Shown: positions 17,701-25,895 of the stretch, piece by piece
Position numbering within the stretch: the first letter of the stretch is position 1
How the letters are laid out: the number at the start of each line of letters is the position of its first letter
Source: Acutalibacteraceae bacterium
Lineage (GTDB): Bacteria; Bacillota; Clostridia; Oscillospirales; Acutalibacteraceae
Assembly: GCA_045650985.1 (NCBI GenBank)
Contig: JAZRRT010000155.1
Span: 1 to 45,801, forward strand
Reading direction: 5' to 3'
Length of the DNA: 45,801 bases
Translations under genes and position numbers: made by a program
The notes under the pieces: generated by a model
Databases searched by the model: none
Told to the model about the DNA's origin: nothing
Seen by the model: the letters and a program-made list of their open reading frames with translations, nothing else

Positions 17701-18111
17701 ATGATAGAAATTTTCGCATCAAACATACCCGCCGCGGTTGCGGTGGCGGGTCTTGTCTGCTACTTCTTCGGAATGGCTGTTGTGTTCATCACAAGCCCGC
17801 TCAAAAACGCAGAAAAATTTTCCGTAAAGCCGGTAGATAACGCAGGCAAAACCGAAATCAGAGTATACTACGGCGGCATCTCATTTGCTCTTGGCGCATT
17901 CCTGCTTTTCCTTACAATTGCGCTTAAAACTCCCGTTTATTCGCTGATTGGCGGTCTGTTTTTTGCAACAACAGTTTTCATTACAAGAACAATTTTCCTC
18001 TTTGTGGACAAGGGCTGGAAATGCCCGTACACAAAGCTTGCAATTCCCGCTGAGGCAGCTTTTGTAGTTGCGCTCTGGGTATGCTTTATTCTTTCAAAAG
18101 TGCTCTACTAA
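17701..18111 (+). CDS. Small 4-TM membrane protein (DUF4345-like, from memory)
   Basis: AGGAGG SD. It has four predicted hydrophobic helices. The segment EIRVYYGGISFALGAFL resembles the conserved stretch of DUF4345. Confidence 0.6.
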   Translation: MIEIFASNIPAAVAVAGLVCYFFGMAVVFITSPLKNAEKFSVKPVDNAGKTEIRVYYGGISFALGAFLLFLTIALKTPVYSLIGGLFFATTVFITRTIFLFVDKGWKCPYTKLAIPAEAAFVVALWVCFILSKVLY

Positions 18112-18127
18112 AACGAGCAAAACGCCA

Positions 18128-18163
18128 GTGTGTAAAGCATTTCTGCTTTACGCACTTTTTTTA
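18128..18163 (+). terminator. Intrinsic terminator
   Basis: 12-bp stem gtgtgtaaagca / tgctttacgcac (one G-U), loop tttc, then a T7 run. Confidence 0.8.
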
Positions 18164-18214
18164 TTCAACAAAAAACAGACGGATATTTTGTGCAGTATTT
18201 CAGAGTGCTAAAGC

Positions 18215-18244
18215 TTGACCTTACAAGAAGAATTGTTGTATATT
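18215..18244 (+). promoter_or_regulatory. Sigma-A-type promoter of GH4 operon
   Basis: TTGACC (18215-18220), 18-nt spacer, TATATT (18239-18244). Confidence 0.5.
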
Positions 18245-18278
18245 AATTCTAATAAGTACAGAAAGGATGCGATACACT

Positions 18279-19622
18279 ATGAAAATCACTTTTATGGGTG
18301 CGGGCAGCACCGTTTTTGCAAGAAACGTTCTCGGCGACTGTATGTGTACGGAGAGTCTTTGCGAATCCGAAATCGCTCTTTACGATATTGACAAGCAGCG
18401 TCTTGAAGATTCCGAAATAATCCTCAGCGCAATTAACAAAAACGTCAACGGCGGTAAGGCAAAAATCAAAACTTACCTCGGCGTTGAAAACCGAAAAGAT
18501 GCACTCAGAGGTGCTGACTTTGTTGTTAATGCAATTCAGGTCGGTCTGTATGACCCCTGCACAATAACTGACTTTGAAATCCCCAAGAAATACGGCCTTC
18601 GCCAGACAATTGCCGACACACTCGGCATCGGCGGAATTATGCGCGGACTTCGCACAATTCCCGTGCTTGAGGATTTTGCACGTGATATGCAGGAGGTTTG
18701 CCCCGATGCGTGGTTCCTCAACTACACAAATCCCATGGCAATCCTTACCGGCTATATGACTCGCTACACAGGCATCAAAACCGTCGGTCTTTGCCACTCT
18801 GTTCAGTCCTGCTCCAAAGACCTGCTCAATCACGTCGGTATGGATGATAAGATTGATGGCAGATACGATAAAATTGCAGGTATCAACCACATGGCTTGGC
18901 TGCTTGAGATTCACGACAAGGACGGTAACGACCTCTACCCCGAAATCAGACGCAGAGCCGCAGAAATCAATGCTGCCGCCCTCGCATCCTCCGACCCCGA
19001 AAAGAAGCACGGCGATATGGTAAGATTCGAGTATATCAAGCGTCTCGGCTACTACTGCACAGAATCAAGCGAGGATAACTCGGAATACAATATGTTCTTT
19101 ATCAAAGATAAGTATCCGAATCTCATCGCAGACTACAACATTCCGCTCGACGAGTATCCGCGCCGCTGTATAAACCAAATTGAGCGCTGGGCAAAAGAAA
19201 AGGCAGAAATTCTCGATAACGGTAACGTAACGCACACACGTTCACACGAATATGCTTCCTACATAATGGAATCCATCGTAACAAACAAGCCTTACAAAAT
19301 CGGCGGCAACGTACTCAACACAGGTCTTATCGACAACCTTCCCGCAGATGCTTGCGTTGAAGTACCCTGCCTTATTGATTCAAGCGGTGTAACACCTTGC
19401 CACATAGGCAAACTTCCCGTACAGCTTGCCGCAATGAATATGACAAATATCAACCCGCAGCTTCTTACAATTGAAGCAGCCGTTACAAAGAAGAAAGACC
19501 ATATTTACCAGGCTGCAATGCTTGATCCGCACACAGCTTCAGAGCTGAGCATTGACGACATTGTAAAGATGGTAGACGAGCTTATCGAAGTTCACGGCGA
19601 CTGGATGCCCAAGTATCATTAA
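18279..19622 (+). CDS. Glycoside hydrolase family 4, NAD/Mn-dependent alpha-galactosidase/alpha-glucosidase (MelA/AglA-like)
   Basis: MKITFMGAGSTVFARNVLGD Rossmann start, then GLRQTIADTLGIGG, CPDAWFLNYTNPM and GLCHSVQ. ATG 18279 is preferred over 18267, which leaves no SD spacing. Confidence 0.9.
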   Translation: MKITFMGAGSTVFARNVLGDCMCTESLCESEIALYDIDKQRLEDSEIILSAINKNVNGGKAKIKTYLGVENRKDALRGADFVVNAIQVGLYDPCTITDFEIPKKYGLRQTIADTLGIGGIMRGLRTIPVLEDFARDMQEVCPDAWFLNYTNPMAILTGYMTRYTGIKTVGLCHSVQSCSKDLLNHVGMDDKIDGRYDKIAGINHMAWLLEIHDKDGNDLYPEIRRRAAEINAAALASSDPEKKHGDMVRFEYIKRLGYYCTESSEDNSEYNMFFIKDKYPNLIADYNIPLDEYPRRCINQIERWAKEKAEILDNGNVTHTRSHEYASYIMESIVTNKPYKIGGNVLNTGLIDNLPADACVEVPCLIDSSGVTPCHIGKLPVQLAAMNMTNINPQLLTIEAAVTKKKDHIYQAAMLDPHTASELSIDDIVKMVDELIEVHGDWMPKYH

Positions 19623-19634
19623 GGAGTTAAATTT

Positions 19635-20624
19635 ATGGTTTCGGTATTTAAAATAATATCTGCCGTTTTTATGGCAATAACAACGCTTCTGGCGTTCCCC
19701 TTTGCGGGTAACATTTCGGCTGATTTTGCTCCGAAAGATGAAGAAAACGTCAGGCTCACCTTCGCCACAATGTCCGACACGCATATAAAGGATTCCGCAA
19801 CACGTGCATTTATGCTTGAGCTCGGACTTTCGGATATGCAGGAGGCTGATTATCCGCTCGACGCACTTGTCCACGCAGGTGACATAACCGACCACGCATA
19901 CGAGGAAGAGTGGCAGAAAACAGCCGACGTATTTGCAAAGTACTCGCCTGCAAAAAACATAATTCTTGCAGTTGGCAACCACGACACGTGGGGCAGCGAT
20001 GAAGATGACAGATTCCCCGAATCGGCAGAGCGCTTCACAAGATTCGGCAGTGAGATTATGGGCAGAGAAATCGACAAGGTTTATTACTCAACAAAGGTAA
20101 ACGGCTACACCTTCGTTGTAATGAGCAGTGAAGATGACGGCACGGATGCCTACGTCAGCGACGAGCAACTCGAATGGCTTGATGCAACACTTGCCGAAGC
20201 TTCAAAGGACAATCTGCCTATTTTCCTTGTTTTCCATCAGCCGCTCAACCAAAGTCACGGGCTTCCTCTGACTTGGGGCGATGACGAGCCCGAACCTATG
20301 GACGGCGGTATCGGCACAGAGTCTGATAAGGTTGAAGCTATTCTCCGTAAATACAAGAACATTTTCTATATCAGCGGCCATCTTCACAACGGTCTGGGCG
20401 ACAAATACACGTCGGATGCCTGGGGCTATAAGAGCGTTGAAACAAACGGAAACATAACCTCAATCAATCTCCCCTGCTATATGTATCTCACATACAGAGG
20501 TCAGGTTATGAGCGGTCTCGGCTTCGTATTTGAAGTTTATGACGATGAGGTTGTTATACGCGCACGCAGCTATTCAAGCAACGTATGGTACACTGCTTAC
20601 GATTATACGGTTGAATTAACCTGA
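19635..20624 (+). CDS. Secreted calcineurin-like metallophosphoesterase
   Basis: Signal peptide, then motifs MSDTHI, HAGDITDH, VGNHD, VFHQP and SGHLHN. It starts 12 nt after the GH4 stop. Confidence 0.8.
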   Translation: MVSVFKIISAVFMAITTLLAFPFAGNISADFAPKDEENVRLTFATMSDTHIKDSATRAFMLELGLSDMQEADYPLDALVHAGDITDHAYEEEWQKTADVFAKYSPAKNIILAVGNHDTWGSDEDDRFPESAERFTRFGSEIMGREIDKVYYSTKVNGYTFVVMSSEDDGTDAYVSDEQLEWLDATLAEASKDNLPIFLVFHQPLNQSHGLPLTWGDDEPEPMDGGIGTESDKVEAILRKYKNIFYISGHLHNGLGDKYTSDAWGYKSVETNGNITSINLPCYMYLTYRGQVMSGLGFVFEVYDDEVVIRARSYSSNVWYTAYDYTVELT

Positions 20625-20637
20625 GGAAATTACAAAA

Positions 20638-20670
20638 GGGATCTCTTCTGCGGAAGAGGTCCCTTTTTTC
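20638..20670 (+). terminator. Intrinsic terminator
   Basis: 11-bp stem gggatctcttc / gaagaggtccc (one G-U), loop tgcg, then a T6 run. Confidence 0.8.
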
Positions 20671-20707
20671 AAATAAACGTCAAGCCGCTTTACATATCCT
20701 TCGGCTT

Positions 20708-21598
20708 ATGTTAAAATCTTTCACGGTGATTAATTTGATAAGAACACTTACTTACACCGTACCTGAAGAATATGACGGCGAAAAAGTAAATATATTTCTG
20801 CGAAGCGGCATAGGTCTTTCATACCGTATGGTGCGCTCACTCAAGCAGATACGAGGCTCTATGCTCCTCAACGGCGAGCCCATACGCACGATTGACCCTC
20901 TCACGGCAGGCGCTGTGCTGACGCTTAATCTGCCGCAGGATGAGAGCACTGCCGAGCCGCAACAGGCGGATTTCAGCGTAATTTACGAAGACGATGACAT
21001 ACTTGTAATCAATAAACCCGCAGGTCTTGCAATGCACCCTACGCACAATCATCAAGGTGACACCCTTGCAAACGCCGTGGCATACTACCTCACCTCAAAG
21101 GGAAGAAACGCAGTATTTCGCGTTGCAGGCAGGCTTGACAAGGGCACATCGGGAATAGTGGTATGTGCGCTCCACAAAATGGCAGCCGCAAAGCTGAACT
21201 CAAGCTGTACAAAAACGTACATCGCAATCGTCGAAGGCAGCTACGAGGGCAGCGGCACAATCAACGCGCCCATCATCCGACCCGACCCGATGAAAACACT
21301 GCGAGCTGTTGGCGAAGGCGGTGAAGAAGCAATCACCCACTGGACAGCACTCGGGCAACGCGACGGACTGACAACAATGGAAATCACGCTTGAAACAGGC
21401 CGCACGCACCAGATAAGAGTGCATTTCGCTTCGCTCGGCACACCGCTCGCAGGTGATGATATGTACGGCGGACATACCGATAAAATTACCCGTCACGCAC
21501 TTCACTGCGCTTCACTCAGGCTCACTCACCCGATAAGCGGTGAGGATATGGTTTTCAACGCACCGTTACCTGAGGATATGAGCAAAATACGAAACTGA
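20708..21598 (+). CDS. RluA-family 23S rRNA/tRNA pseudouridine synthase (RluD-like, with S4 domain)
   Basis: The N-terminal S4-like segment is followed by the catalytic RLDKGTSGIVVCA and HQIRVH motifs. The exact start is uncertain; an alternative TTG lies at 20735. Confidence 0.8.
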   Translation: MLKSFTVINLIRTLTYTVPEEYDGEKVNIFLRSGIGLSYRMVRSLKQIRGSMLLNGEPIRTIDPLTAGAVLTLNLPQDESTAEPQQADFSVIYEDDDILVINKPAGLAMHPTHNHQGDTLANAVAYYLTSKGRNAVFRVAGRLDKGTSGIVVCALHKMAAAKLNSSCTKTYIAIVEGSYEGSGTINAPIIRPDPMKTLRAVGEGGEEAITHWTALGQRDGLTTMEITLETGRTHQIRVHFASLGTPLAGDDMYGGHTDKITRHALHCASLRLTHPISGEDMVFNAPLPEDMSKIRN

Positions 21599-21691
21599 TA
21601 CACGCATTGAAAAAACAACTTCCGATTTTATAATGAACACTTCAGAGCAGATGCAAGAATTGCTTTTCACGGATGTTTTAAACAAAAAACA

Positions 21692-21746
21692 GCACGAAGA
21701 AATTTGCCCGCACGTTGCAAGGCATTATTTCTTCGTGCATTTTTTA
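21692..21746. terminator. Bidirectional terminator between convergent genes
   Basis: 12-bp stem gcacgaagaaat / atttcttcgtgc with a structured 23-nt loop. An A run precedes it and a T run follows. Confidence 0.6.
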
Positions 21747-22796
21747 TCAGAACTTTATAACTTCATTTTTAGCTGACGATTCAAAAATCGCCTCAATAAG
21801 CTTGATGAGTTTTCGCTGTTGGTCGTGAGTTACGTTGGGAGATTTGCCGTTGAGAAGTGCATCACAGATATCGAGATAATAGGCGTCCCATTCATCCTTA
21901 CCGTCAGGCAAGGGGAAGCTTTTGATGCTGTCCTTATCCCTGGGCGCCATTGTTTTTGTAAGACCTACGCCCGCTTTTATCGGCACTGCATCAAGGTTTT
22001 CCCAATTCTCAACCATAACAATTTCGCCGTTTCCGTTCCAATCTTTGATAATTGCCGTGCCGTTTTCACCGCAGACGTACCACAAAGGAAGCTCGATGAA
22101 ATTATTAGTCATAACCTCAATCTGCCAGCTTGTGCCGCCTTCAAATTTGACAATTGCCTTGAAGCCGTCATCACATTCCTCATTGGTAATATTAGTGCAC
22201 TCAGCATATACGGAAATCATCTTGCGCTCTCCCATAAGAGTGAGCATTTGGTCAAGCAGATGTACGCCCCAGTCAAGCACCATACCGCCGCCGTGAGCTT
22301 TTTCACTGCGCCATCCCGTCGGGATACCGCGTGAACCGTGAACACGGTGTTCAAAACAATGGATTTTGCCGAGCGTATTATTCTCATACAAATGTTTGAT
22401 ACGCTGAAAGTCGCCGTCCCATCGTCTGTTCTGATGAACCGTGAACATCTTGCCCGTTTCGTTTGCAACGGCAATCATTTCTTCGAGATCTTCACTCGTC
22501 ATCGTTACGGGCTTTTCACATATAACATGTTTTCCTGCCCTAAGCGCATCAATTACGATTTCTTTGTGCACCTCGTTAGGCGTCGCAACAGTTACAAGCT
22601 CGACCCTTTCGTCTGCAAGAAGCTCTTCACGGCCGGCATAACTGTGCACGCCCTCCTGCTCTCCTTTTGCCTGAACAGTGGGGTCAATATCGTAAAAACC
22701 GATAAATTCGAGCGTATCTATACTGTCACAACGTTTTGCATGGAAGTGACCCATACCACCATAGCCTATTACGGCATGACCAATTTTTTTACCCAT
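21747..22796 (-). CDS. Gfo/Idh/MocA family NAD(P)-dependent oxidoreductase
   Basis: N-terminal Rossmann motif (VIGYGGMGHFH), the EKP motif (ICEKPV) and a C-terminal alpha/beta dimerisation domain; 349 aa. Confidence 0.85.
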   Translation of the reverse strand: MGKKIGHAVIGYGGMGHFHAKRCDSIDTLEFIGFYDIDPTVQAKGEQEGVHSYAGREELLADERVELVTVATPNEVHKEIVIDALRAGKHVICEKPVTMTSEDLEEMIAVANETGKMFTVHQNRRWDGDFQRIKHLYENNTLGKIHCFEHRVHGSRGIPTGWRSEKAHGGGMVLDWGVHLLDQMLTLMGERKMISVYAECTNITNEECDDGFKAIVKFEGGTSWQIEVMTNNFIELPLWYVCGENGTAIIKDWNGNGEIVMVENWENLDAVPIKAGVGLTKTMAPRDKDSIKSFPLPDGKDEWDAYYLDICDALLNGKSPNVTHDQQRKLIKLIEAIFESSAKNEVIKF

Positions 22797-22847
22797 AACA
22801 ATTACCTTCTTAACTAGTGAATAACCAACTGAAATACTGCAAAGAGA

Positions 22848-23813
22848 TTATACCCACCACATCGTACAAGGCTCTTCCTTGATAACGGCGCGCTTGAGCA
22901 TATCGATAGCCTTTGTAAAGCCCTCGTTCTGGCTCATAAGCGAATCCTCATGTTCAATGCTGATTGCATAATCATAGCCTATCATACGAAGGTTGGAAAT
23001 AATATCTTTCCAATATGTTTCATCGTTTCCGTAGCCGACGGAGCGGAATACCCAGGAACGATTTATTTCATCGGAGTAGGGTTTTACGTCGAGAACACCG
23101 TTTACGGCAGTGTTATACTTATCAACCTTTGTATCCTTTGCGTGGAAGTGGAAGATAGCGCCCTTGAGTGCACGGATTGCGGCAACAGGCTCTATACCCT
23201 GCCAGATGAGGTGGCTGGGGTCAAAGTTTGCACCGATTTCGGGACCGACGGCAGCGCGGAGCTTGAGCAGGCTTTCAGGGTTGTAGACGCAGAAGCCGGG
23301 ATGCATTTCAAGAGCAATCTTATCAACACCGTGTGCTTTTGAGAAAGCAACAAGCTCTTTCCAATAGGGAATAAGAACTTCATTCCACTGCCACTCAAGA
23401 ATTTCGCCAAACTCATTCGGCCACGGACAGGTTACCCAGTTGGGATACTTCGAGGTTTCACAGTCACCCGGGCAACCGGAGAAAGTATTTATCTGATGTA
23501 CGTCAAGCTTTTCTGCAAGAAGAATTGTCTTGCGGATTGCATCGTCAAACTCTTTTGCAACAGCTTTGTCGGGATGCACGGGGTTGCCGTGGCAGCTGAG
23601 TGCACTGATTTCAACGTTATACTTTTTGAGAAGAGCCTTGAACTCTTCAAGCTTGGCATCATCGTTGAGAAGAACGTCGGGGTTTGCGTGAGCATCGCCG
23701 GGGTATCCGCCGCAGCCGATTTCCACCATCTCAATGCCCTTTGATACGAAATATTCGAGTGCCTCCTCAAGCGGAAGATTGCCGAGAAGATTTGTGATTA
23801 CACCTATTTTCAT
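22848..23813 (-). CDS. Xylose-isomerase-like TIM-barrel protein (sugar phosphate isomerase/epimerase family)
   Basis: 321 aa with the typical layout: MKIGV..., VEIG, ISALSCHGN, LEMHPG, FDPSH, HFHAKD, SIEHED (metal-ligand E/D/H/E pattern). Confidence 0.85.
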   Translation of the reverse strand: MKIGVITNLLGNLPLEEALEYFVSKGIEMVEIGCGGYPGDAHANPDVLLNDDAKLEEFKALLKKYNVEISALSCHGNPVHPDKAVAKEFDDAIRKTILLAEKLDVHQINTFSGCPGDCETSKYPNWVTCPWPNEFGEILEWQWNEVLIPYWKELVAFSKAHGVDKIALEMHPGFCVYNPESLLKLRAAVGPEIGANFDPSHLIWQGIEPVAAIRALKGAIFHFHAKDTKVDKYNTAVNGVLDVKPYSDEINRSWVFRSVGYGNDETYWKDIISNLRMIGYDYAISIEHEDSLMSQNEGFTKAIDMLKRAVIKEEPCTMWWV

Positions 23814-23829
23814 CCGTATATCCTCCTTA

Positions 23830-24546
23830 TCAGCCGATAAGTGTCTTAAGATAATTCATGCTGCGCTGGATATCCTCAAGGCCGTTCGGTACGGGATCGT
23901 CGTTCTCAACAACAATCCACTCAATGCCTGCATCATTAACGGCTCTGATAACGGCAGCAACATCACAGTCACCTTCGCCGAGAGCTCTGGGCTTGCGATC
24001 AACACCGTCTTTTGCGTGAATAAGGCAAATCTTATCTTTGTTAGCTGTTATGTAGTTATAATTGTCAATACCTGCGCAGTGGCTCCAGTAAGTATCGAGC
24101 TCAAGCTTTGTATAATCGGCAAAAATTTCCATTGCTGTTTTGCCGTTTTCGAGAGTAGTGAACTCCTCTGTATGGTTGTGATAATAAGTAGGCACACCGA
24201 GCTTTTCTGAGCCGTAAGCAAGAGCCTTGGCAGCATACTCACAGTCTTCAACCGTATCGTGAGCTGCACCGCCTACGCCGCAATGAAGACAACCGAGAAC
24301 CTTGTTGTACTCAACCGTCTTTTCGATATTTTCGGGAAGAAAATCTGCAATGCCCATATGTGTACCTACGGGAACAAGACCAAGCTCATCAAGTTTTGCT
24401 CTGATGTCTTTTGCCGCAACACCGTGGTAGCCTGCGAATTCAACACCTTCATATCCCATAGCCTTTATTTCTTCAAGGCAACGGAATAAATCTTCACCGT
24501 TTTTTATGCAATCACGAACGCTGTAAAGCTGAACTGCTATTTTCAT
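23830..24546 (-). CDS. Xylose-isomerase-like TIM-barrel protein (sugar phosphate isomerase/epimerase family), short form
   Basis: 238 aa with MKIAVQLYSV, GYEGVEFAG, YHNHTEEF, IHAKD and VVEND. It starts 16 nt downstream of the upstream oxidoreductase-side gene and ends 16 nt before the next gene. Confidence 0.85.
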   Translation of the reverse strand: MKIAVQLYSVRDCIKNGEDLFRCLEEIKAMGYEGVEFAGYHGVAAKDIRAKLDELGLVPVGTHMGIADFLPENIEKTVEYNKVLGCLHCGVGGAAHDTVEDCEYAAKALAYGSEKLGVPTYYHNHTEEFTTLENGKTAMEIFADYTKLELDTYWSHCAGIDNYNYITANKDKICLIHAKDGVDRKPRALGEGDCDVAAVIRAVNDAGIEWIVVENDDPVPNGLEDIQRSMNYLKTLIG

Positions 24547-24571
24547 ATTTTGTCACCTATCCTTTTAAAAA

Positions 24572-25672
24572 TCAGTCATTATTGAGATATACGGGAGCAC
24601 CTGTCTTTGCAGATTCGTATATAGCTTCAAGAATCTGCGTTACAACAAGCGCCTGCTCAGGCTTTGTCATAACCTCTGTGTCGTTGAGAACCGCGTTATA
24701 CCACAAACGGCATTCAACGTCCTTCGGGTCAGGGTGTCTGTCACCCTCATAGAAAGCAACGCCGCCCGCATCAAAACTGGGTTGTTCGATAACCTGTCTG
24801 CCGTATTTGACGTAGTTGAAACGCAGTGTTTCATCGGGACCGTTGAAATCGGCGCCGCCCTTATCACCGCAGAGCATACATACAGCCTCTCTCGGGTCTG
24901 CAACATTTAGCGCCCAAGATGATTCAAGCGTAATTGTGGCACCGTTTTCCATAACAATAAAACCGAATGCCGAATCTTCAACGGTAAACTTTTCGGGGTC
25001 CCAATCGCCCCAGGAGTTTGCAGCCCTCTTTTGGTCACCGAGCTTTTTGAAAGTTGTGCCGACAACCATCTTGGGCTTGTAGTTGTTCATCATATAGAGT
25101 GTAAGGTCGAGAGCGTGAGTGCCTATATCGATAAGCGGGCCGCCGCCCTGCTCATACTCGTTGAGGAAAACGCCCCAAGTAGGAACGGCACGACGGCGAA
25201 GAGCAATAGCCTTAGCGTAGTAAATATCACCGAGATCGCCGTTGTCGCAAGCCTCCTTAAGGTAGATGGACTCATCACGCCAACGCTGCTGATAACCGAT
25301 TGTGAGTTTCTTGCCCGTACGCTTTGCAGCCTCGCACATTGCCTTGGCTTCTGCATAAGTCTTTGCCATAGGCTTTTCACACATAACGTGCTTACCCGCC
25401 TCAAGCGAGTCTATTGTTATGAAGCTGTGTGAACGGTTAGGTGTGCAAACGTGGACAACGTCAATGCTTTCGTCCTTGAGAAGCTCTTTGTAGTCCTCAT
25501 AAACCTTAGCACCCTCAACACCGTATTTTTTTGCAGCCTCTTCAGCTTTTTCGACGACAATATCGCAAAAAGCGACCATTTCAGCCTCTTTGATTTTTTT
25601 GATGGCGGGCATATGTTTGCCGTTTGCAATACCACCGCAGCCGATGATACCGACTCTGAGTTTTTCAGCCAT
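24572..25672 (-). CDS. Gfo/Idh/MocA family oxidoreductase
   Basis: The track ORF extends to 25828. The start at 25672 (MAEKLRVGIIGCGGIANGKH) has AAGGAG 8 nt upstream, and the 52 upstream codons are AT-rich junk. MCEKPM motif present. Confidence 0.85.
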   Translation of the reverse strand: MAEKLRVGIIGCGGIANGKHMPAIKKIKEAEMVAFCDIVVEKAEEAAKKYGVEGAKVYEDYKELLKDESIDVVHVCTPNRSHSFITIDSLEAGKHVMCEKPMAKTYAEAKAMCEAAKRTGKKLTIGYQQRWRDESIYLKEACDNGDLGDIYYAKAIALRRRAVPTWGVFLNEYEQGGGPLIDIGTHALDLTLYMMNNYKPKMVVGTTFKKLGDQKRAANSWGDWDPEKFTVEDSAFGFIVMENGATITLESSWALNVADPREAVCMLCGDKGGADFNGPDETLRFNYVKYGRQVIEQPSFDAGGVAFYEGDRHPDPKDVECRLWYNAVLNDTEVMTKPEQALVVTQILEAIYESAKTGAPVYLNND

Positions 25673-25756
25673 AAAACTATCTCCTTTTTCACTGAGTATA
25701 CCTTTAAAAAGGCATCGGTTTTCAACTCTAATTATATATAAACACTCAACAAAATC

Positions 25757-25772
25757 AACAGTTAAATCTGTT
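25757..25772. promoter_or_regulatory. Small palindrome in divergent promoter region (candidate operator)
   Basis: aacag-ttaaat-ctgtt, 5+5 bp inverted repeat around an AT core, midway between the two divergent operons. No regulator gene is present in the cluster. Confidence 0.25.
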
Positions 25773-25832
25773 AAATATTTATGAAAAATATTATATAAAA
25801 TAAACAAAAACTCAATTTTCTCCGTCAAAAAC

Positions 25833-25861
25833 TTGAAATAACTTCCGAAATGGAATATAAT
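25833..25861 (+). promoter_or_regulatory. Sigma-A-type promoter of purple-acid-phosphatase-like gene
   Basis: TTGAAA (25833-25838), 17-nt spacer, TATAAT (25856-25861). Confidence 0.55.
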
Positions 25862-25895
25862 TCTCTAAACCTTACATTTTAGGAGAAATACAGCT

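Noticed and set aside
18249-19010. Long antisense ORFs opposite well-supported genes. Examples: 18249-19010 (253 aa) opposite GH4, 5728-6369 (213 aa), 38732-39289 (185 aa), 26940-27482 (180 aa), 26304-28828 region ORFs, 16152-16670 (172 aa), 3217-3714 (165 aa), 30383-30868 (161 aa), 22338-22817 (159 aa), 23734-24210 and 29518-29994 (158 aa).
   Set aside because: Each lies entirely within a gene that has diagnostic motifs on the other strand. They lack SD sequences and have Cys/Val/Phe-rich or low-complexity compositions typical of the reverse frame of codon-biased genes. They could be overlapping genes, but nothing in the sequence supports that. Ribo-seq would be needed.
24572-25828. N-terminal 52-codon extension of the Gfo/Idh/MocA ORF (track start 25828).
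   Set aside because: The extension is AT-rich promoter DNA translating to implausible peptide. A perfect AAGGAG-N8-ATG at 25672 gives the canonical Rossmann N-terminus.
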